A stretch of 60,887 nt of DNA, filler included. It is 2 parts of 2 records of this genome, joined end to end, with 100 filler letters (N's around TTAATTAATTAA, not from the genome) between each part and the next. Parts side by side here need not be neighbours in the genome. Positions count along the whole stretch, not along the records: positions 31,379 to 60,887 come from SRR31156797_4017; 1 more part is not named here. One strand, written 5' to 3'. Position numbers and translations under genes: made by a program. Below are positions 56,746 to 60,887 of the stretch, in pieces. The notes below the pieces were generated by a model. That model was not told where the DNA came from. It saw only the letters and a program-made list of their open reading frames with translations, and ran no database searches. Position 1 is the stretch's first letter. Each line of letters begins with the position of its first letter.

Positions 56746-58758
56746 CTAGAAAGCTCCGTCAATCAATTTATCATCTGCAAAATTAGGAAGAGTCACTTTT
56801 AGGTTTGGTTCTGCTTGCATTGCACGCTTAATTGCAAATACAGCTTCTTCATTTCTTGCCCAAGAACGACGAGAAATACCATTGTTCACATCCCAAAATA
56901 ACATATTTTTCAATCTGCGATCAGCATCATCAGTTCCATCCAGCAACATGCCGAATCCACCGTTGATCACTTCACCCCAACCTACTCCACCACCATTGTG
57001 GATAGATACCCAGGTAGCACCTCGGAAAGAGTCACCAATTACGTTGTGGATAGCCATATCAGAAGTAAAGCTTGATCCATCGTAAATGTTAGAAGTCTCA
57101 CGGAAAGGAGAATCAGTACCTGACACATCGTGGTGATCACGACCCAATACTACAGGACCAATCTTGCCATCCGCAATTGCTTTGTTGAAAGCCTCAGCAA
57201 TTTTGATACGTCCTTCGGCATCAGCATAAAGAATACGAGCTTCAGAACCAACAACCAATTTATTTTCCTGTGCCCCCTTAATCCAACGGATGTTATCAGC
57301 CATTTGCTGCTGAATTTCCTTAGGCGAATTTTTACGAATTTCTTCCAATACTTCAGTTGCAATACGATCCGTTTCAGCCAAATCTTCAGGCTTACCGCTA
57401 GCACACACCCAACGGAATGGTCCAAAACCATAATCAAAACACATTGGTCCCATGATATCCTGTACGTAAGATGGATATTTAAACTTATCACCTTCTGCCA
57501 TAATATCAGCACCAGCACGACTCGACTCTAATAGGAATGCATTTCCGTAATCGAAGAAATAAGTACCGAATTTTTCAACACATTTGTTGATAGCTGAAAC
57601 ATGACGACGAAGTGATTCCTGAACCTTCTCTTTGAATAAGTCAGGATTATTTGCCATCATATCATTCGCTTCTTCAAACTCAACATCTACAGGATAATAA
57701 CCTCCTGCCCAAGGGTTGTGTAACGAAGTTTGATCCGATCCTAAATCAACTTTAATATCATCTTTGGCAAAACGTTCCCAAACATCAACAATATTACCCT
57801 GGTAAGCTATTGACACAACTTCCTTATCAGCTTTCGCTTTACGAACTCTTGTCATCAACTCATCCAAGTTGTCAATTTTCTCATCAACCCATCCTTGCGA
57901 ATGGCGAGTAGTTGTTGCTTTAGGATTAATTTCACCTGTAATCGAAATACATCCAGCAATATTAGCAGCCTTAGGCTGTGCTCCCGACATACCACCTAAA
58001 CCAGCAGTAATAAAAAGTTTACCTTCTAAACCTTCACCATTTTCACTGATTTTTCTACCTGCATTTAATACAGTAATAGTTGTTCCGTGCACAATACCTT
58101 GTGGTCCGATATACATATAAGAACCAGCAGTCATCTGACCGTACTGCGAAACACCTAATGCATTCATTTTCTCCCAATCATCTGGCTTGCTATAGTTAGG
58201 AATTACCATACCATTGGTAACAACAACACGAGGAGCGTCTTTATGAGATGGATACAATCCCATAGGATGTCCTGAATACATCACCAAGGTTTGCTCATCT
58301 GTCATTTCCGCCAAATATTTCATACACAAACGGTACTGCGCCCAGTTCTGGAAAACTGCTCCATTTCCACCGTATGTAATTAACTCATGTGGATGCTGAG
58401 CAACTGCATAATCCAAATTGTTTTGAATCATCAACATAATGGCCTTAGCTTGATCACATTTTCCAGGATAATCGCTAATTGAACGAGCCTTCATTTCGTA
58501 AGTCGGACGCAAACGATACATGTATATTCTACCGTAAGTTTCCAATTCATTAACAAACTCAGGAATCAATTCTGCATGATTTTTAGGATCGAAATAACGC
58601 AATGCATTTCTCAATGCAAGTTTCTTTTCTTCTGCGTTCAAAATTTCCTTACGCTTTGGTGCGTGATTAATTTCAGGATCGTATTTCTGAGGAGCTGGCA
58701 ATTGCTCCGGAATCCCCTCCAAAATCATTTGCTGAAATTCAGTTTTTGTCGTTATCAT
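56746..58758 (-). CDS. hutU: Urocanate hydratase, long (about 670 aa) form
   Basis: 'NNLD..VAQ.P.ELITYGG', 'GQMTAGS', 'IGPQGIVHGT', 'GLGGMSGAQ', 'SDQTSLH', 'GRDHHDVSGTDSPFRET', 'HNGGGVGWG'. Confidence 0.96.
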   Translation of the reverse strand: MITTKTEFQQMILEGIPEQLPAPQKYDPEINHAPKRKEILNAEEKKLALRNALRYFDPKNHAELIPEFVNELETYGRIYMYRLRPTYEMKARSISDYPGKCDQAKAIMLMIQNNLDYAVAQHPHELITYGGNGAVFQNWAQYRLCMKYLAEMTDEQTLVMYSGHPMGLYPSHKDAPRVVVTNGMVIPNYSKPDDWEKMNALGVSQYGQMTAGSYMYIGPQGIVHGTTITVLNAGRKISENGEGLEGKLFITAGLGGMSGAQPKAANIAGCISITGEINPKATTTRHSQGWVDEKIDNLDELMTRVRKAKADKEVVSIAYQGNIVDVWERFAKDDIKVDLGSDQTSLHNPWAGGYYPVDVEFEEANDMMANNPDLFKEKVQESLRRHVSAINKCVEKFGTYFFDYGNAFLLESSRAGADIMAEGDKFKYPSYVQDIMGPMCFDYGFGPFRWVCASGKPEDLAETDRIATEVLEEIRKNSPKEIQQQMADNIRWIKGAQENKLVVGSEARILYADAEGRIKIAEAFNKAIADGKIGPVVLGRDHHDVSGTDSPFRETSNIYDGSSFTSDMAIHNVIGDSFRGATWVSIHNGGGVGWGEVINGGFGMLLDGTDDADRRLKNMLFWDVNNGISRRSWARNEEAVFAIKRAMQAEPNLKVTLPNFADDKLIDGAF

Positions 58759-59165
58759 GATAGTATTTTGTGTTTATTTATATCGTGGATTAAAAATACA
58801 ACTTTGAGACAATTAAATGAATGATTTAATTGCTTTTACGTATAAATTAGTCGAATTATAGAATCAGATATTCTGATCGCAATACTAAATCTATACACTT
58901 GAATAATTCATGATACCATAAAAGTATCCTATCTATTCATAAAATTGTCATCTGAAAATAAATGCCAAGTACAGATATGCCTTAGCAGTGGATGTTATGG
59001 CAACATCCCTGAAGAATTCATGGGTATCTCTTTCTTAATTCTTTCTTGAATCTCATTTCAAACTAATGGCTTGAATTTGTGTGCGCAATATAGGAAATAT
59101 TTTTAAAATCAGAAGGTGAAATCATCTCTTTTGATATGATTTTCATCACCTCTTCTCATTTAAAC

Positions 59166-59198
59166 AAAAAGGGTCATCTTAAATAAGATGACCCTTTT
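59166..59198 (-). terminator. Intrinsic terminator after the zinc-ribbon gene
   Basis: AAAAGGGTCATCTTA/TAAGATGACCCTTTT. Confidence 0.88.
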
Positions 59199-59217
59199 AT
59201 AATATCTTGAAATCGTA

Positions 59218-60054
59218 CTACTCTTTTTTACGAGTTCTTCTTTTTGGCTTAGCAGCTGCAGCAGCCTTATCAGCTTCCTCCAAACTGTGATCGTAATCGC
59301 AAATGTACTTATCAACTAAAATACGTCCACAATACTCACATACAATAATTTTCTTACGAGAACGGATATCCATTTGACGCTGTGGTGGAATCTTATTGAA
59401 ACAACCTCCACATGCATCACGTTCAACTGTTACAACAGCTAATCCGTTTCTTGCATTAGAACGAATTCTTGAATAAGCAGTAAGCAATCTTTCTTCAATC
59501 TTACCCTGGAAAGACTCAGACTTCTCGATTAATTTGTCCTCTTCTTTTTGAGTTTCAGATACAATCTCATCCAATTCTCCTTTTTTAGATTCCAAATCAG
59601 CTTTTTTATCGGTAAAATTCGATTCTGAATTTTCGATTAAAGCTTTTTTATTATTCATCTCCGCAGTAAACTCCTTGATGCGCTTCTCACACAATTCAAT
59701 TTCAAGGTTCTGGAATTCGATTTCTTTTGAAATAGAATCGAACTCACGATTATTACGAACATTCATTTGTTGAGCTTCGTACTTTTTAATCAGCAAACCA
59801 GCTTCTTTAATCTCTTGCTTCTTCTTCGCAACAGTTTCAACAAGCTCTTTTACTTCACTATTTAGATTCGCGATTCTGGTATCAAGTCCGGCAATCTCAT
59901 CTTCCAAGTCCTGCACTTCCAAAGGAAGCTCTCCTCTTAGCGTTCTAATTTGGTCTACCTCAGAATCAACAGACTGCATTTCATGCAATGTGCGTAATTT
60001 TTCTTCAACTGAAATATCCTTAAAATCTGAAGCTTTTGGATCTTTTGTTGTCAT
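59218..60054 (-). CDS. C4-type zinc-ribbon coiled-coil protein (CT398/HP0958-like)
   Basis: Long coiled coil, 'NNREFDSI', 'CGGCF.KIPPQ...CEYCGRIL'. Confidence 0.9.
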   Translation of the reverse strand: MTTKDPKASDFKDISVEEKLRTLHEMQSVDSEVDQIRTLRGELPLEVQDLEDEIAGLDTRIANLNSEVKELVETVAKKKQEIKEAGLLIKKYEAQQMNVRNNREFDSISKEIEFQNLEIELCEKRIKEFTAEMNNKKALIENSESNFTDKKADLESKKGELDEIVSETQKEEDKLIEKSESFQGKIEERLLTAYSRIRSNARNGLAVVTVERDACGGCFNKIPPQRQMDIRSRKKIIVCEYCGRILVDKYICDYDHSLEEADKAAAAAKPKRRTRKKE

Positions 60055-60058
60055 ATGT

Positions 60059-60886
60059 TTACAAATAATTTATTGGATTCGAATTTATCTCAGAAATATG
60101 AACCGCAAAGTTAGGGAATTTTTTTGTAACTATCTCATAAAAAATATCTCGAGTAAATTGTTCACTTTCATAATGACCAATATCAGCAATTATCAATTTA
60201 CCCTCAGCATCGAAAAACTCGTGATATTTAAAGTCTCCGGTAACAAAAATATCTGCTTTTGCTGACATGGCTTTACGCAACAAAAAGCTTCCACTTCCAC
60301 CACAAACAGCAACCTTTTTCACCTCTTTTTTTACTATATCAGTATATCTTACACATCCTGAACGGAAGATTTTCTTTATTCTATTTAAAAAATCAAGCGA
60401 ATTTTCAGCAACTTCAAGTTCACCAACCATTCCTAATCCTGCCTGAGGATTGTTATTTTCCAGTGCATAAATATCATAGGCAACCTCCTCATATGGATGA
60501 TGATCTAATAATGCACCAATAATTTTTCCTTTTAAATGTTTTGGAAATATTGTTTCCAATCGAACTTCTTTCTCTTGATGCACTGCTCCCTTTTCGCCTA
60601 CAAAAGGCTGAGCATCTTCGCCTCCTCGAAAGGTTCCAATACCTTCTGTATTATAACTACAAGCATCATAGTTCCCAATATTCCCAGCACCCGCAGCAAA
60701 CAAAGCTTCTCGAACTTTATCTGCATGATCAACTGGTACAAATGTCACCAATTTCTTCAAATCTTCACTCACTGGAGAAAGAATCTTCTTGTTTTTCAAT
60801 CCTATTAAATCGCAAATTTTTTCGCTCACTCCACCACGAACTGAATCAATATTAGTATGAGCTGCATAAATTGCAATATCATTTTT
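60059..60886 (-). CDS. Nif3-like dinuclear metal-centre hexameric protein with PII-like insertion, 5'-truncated by window end
   Basis: Frame open to the window edge (KNDIAIYAAHTNID...); 'GAGNIGNY', 'HPYEEVAYD', 'CGGSG', 'KYHEF', 'GHYESE'. Confidence 0.92.
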   Translation of the reverse strand, partial: KNDIAIYAAHTNIDSVRGGVSEKICDLIGLKNKKILSPVSEDLKKLVTFVPVDHADKVREALFAAGAGNIGNYDACSYNTEGIGTFRGGEDAQPFVGEKGAVHQEKEVRLETIFPKHLKGKIIGALLDHHPYEEVAYDIYALENNNPQAGLGMVGELEVAENSLDFLNRIKKIFRSGCVRYTDIVKKEVKKVAVCGGSGSFLLRKAMSAKADIFVTGDFKYHEFFDAEGKLIIADIGHYESEQFTRDIFYEIVTKKFPNFAVHISEINSNPINYL

Positions 60887-60887
60887 A

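Noticed and set aside
59018-59056. Histidine attenuator leader peptide for hutU
   Set aside because: The small ORF has no His codons; kept only as a generic sORF candidate
58759-59217. RNase P RNA or tmRNA downstream of the zinc-ribbon gene
   Set aside because: No GAGGAAAGTCC-type or tRNA-like end motifs seen on either strand
31379-60887. AT-rich half as a horizontally transferred island in the sulfate reducer
   Set aside because: Carries core Bacteroidota housekeeping genes with native promoters and is joined only by an artificial linker

Overview
The window joins two unrelated genomes through an artificial 100-bp linker (44 N + TTAATTAATTAA + 44 N, 31279-31378). The left part (1-31278) is moderate-GC and looks Desulfovibrionaceae-like (possibly Maridesulfovibrio). 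It carries FUSC, an AraC-GyrI/GyrI pair, an AraC/beta-propeller pair, asnS, rubrerythrin with a PerR-like box, ftsY, an orphan 667-aa lipoprotein, rluA-like, eamA-addA-addB, lhgO, a nitronate monooxygenase/FabK-like gene, a cpoB-dprA-hyp-HDOD-REC/GGDEF-xerC cluster, a CydA-like membrane protein and a truncated cheA. The right part (31379-60887) is AT-rich Bacteroidota (TAnnTTTG promoters, T9SS genes; possibly Marinifilaceae). It carries a partial tRNA, folC, phoH2-ppx, mtaB-suhB-lpxL-GT2, sugE-murF-gldJ, porU-porV-ispF, a very AT-rich four-gene TonB-dependent receptor module, long-form hutU, a C4 zinc-ribbon gene and partial nif3. I saw no CRISPR array, IS element, prophage or rRNA. The best candidates for undescribed biology are the TBDR/DUF4249/MG2-plus-plug module, the signalling triad between dprA and xerC, the CydA-like protein lacking obvious haem ligands, and several structured 5' leaders. 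All family calls come from motif recognition by eye; no searches were run.
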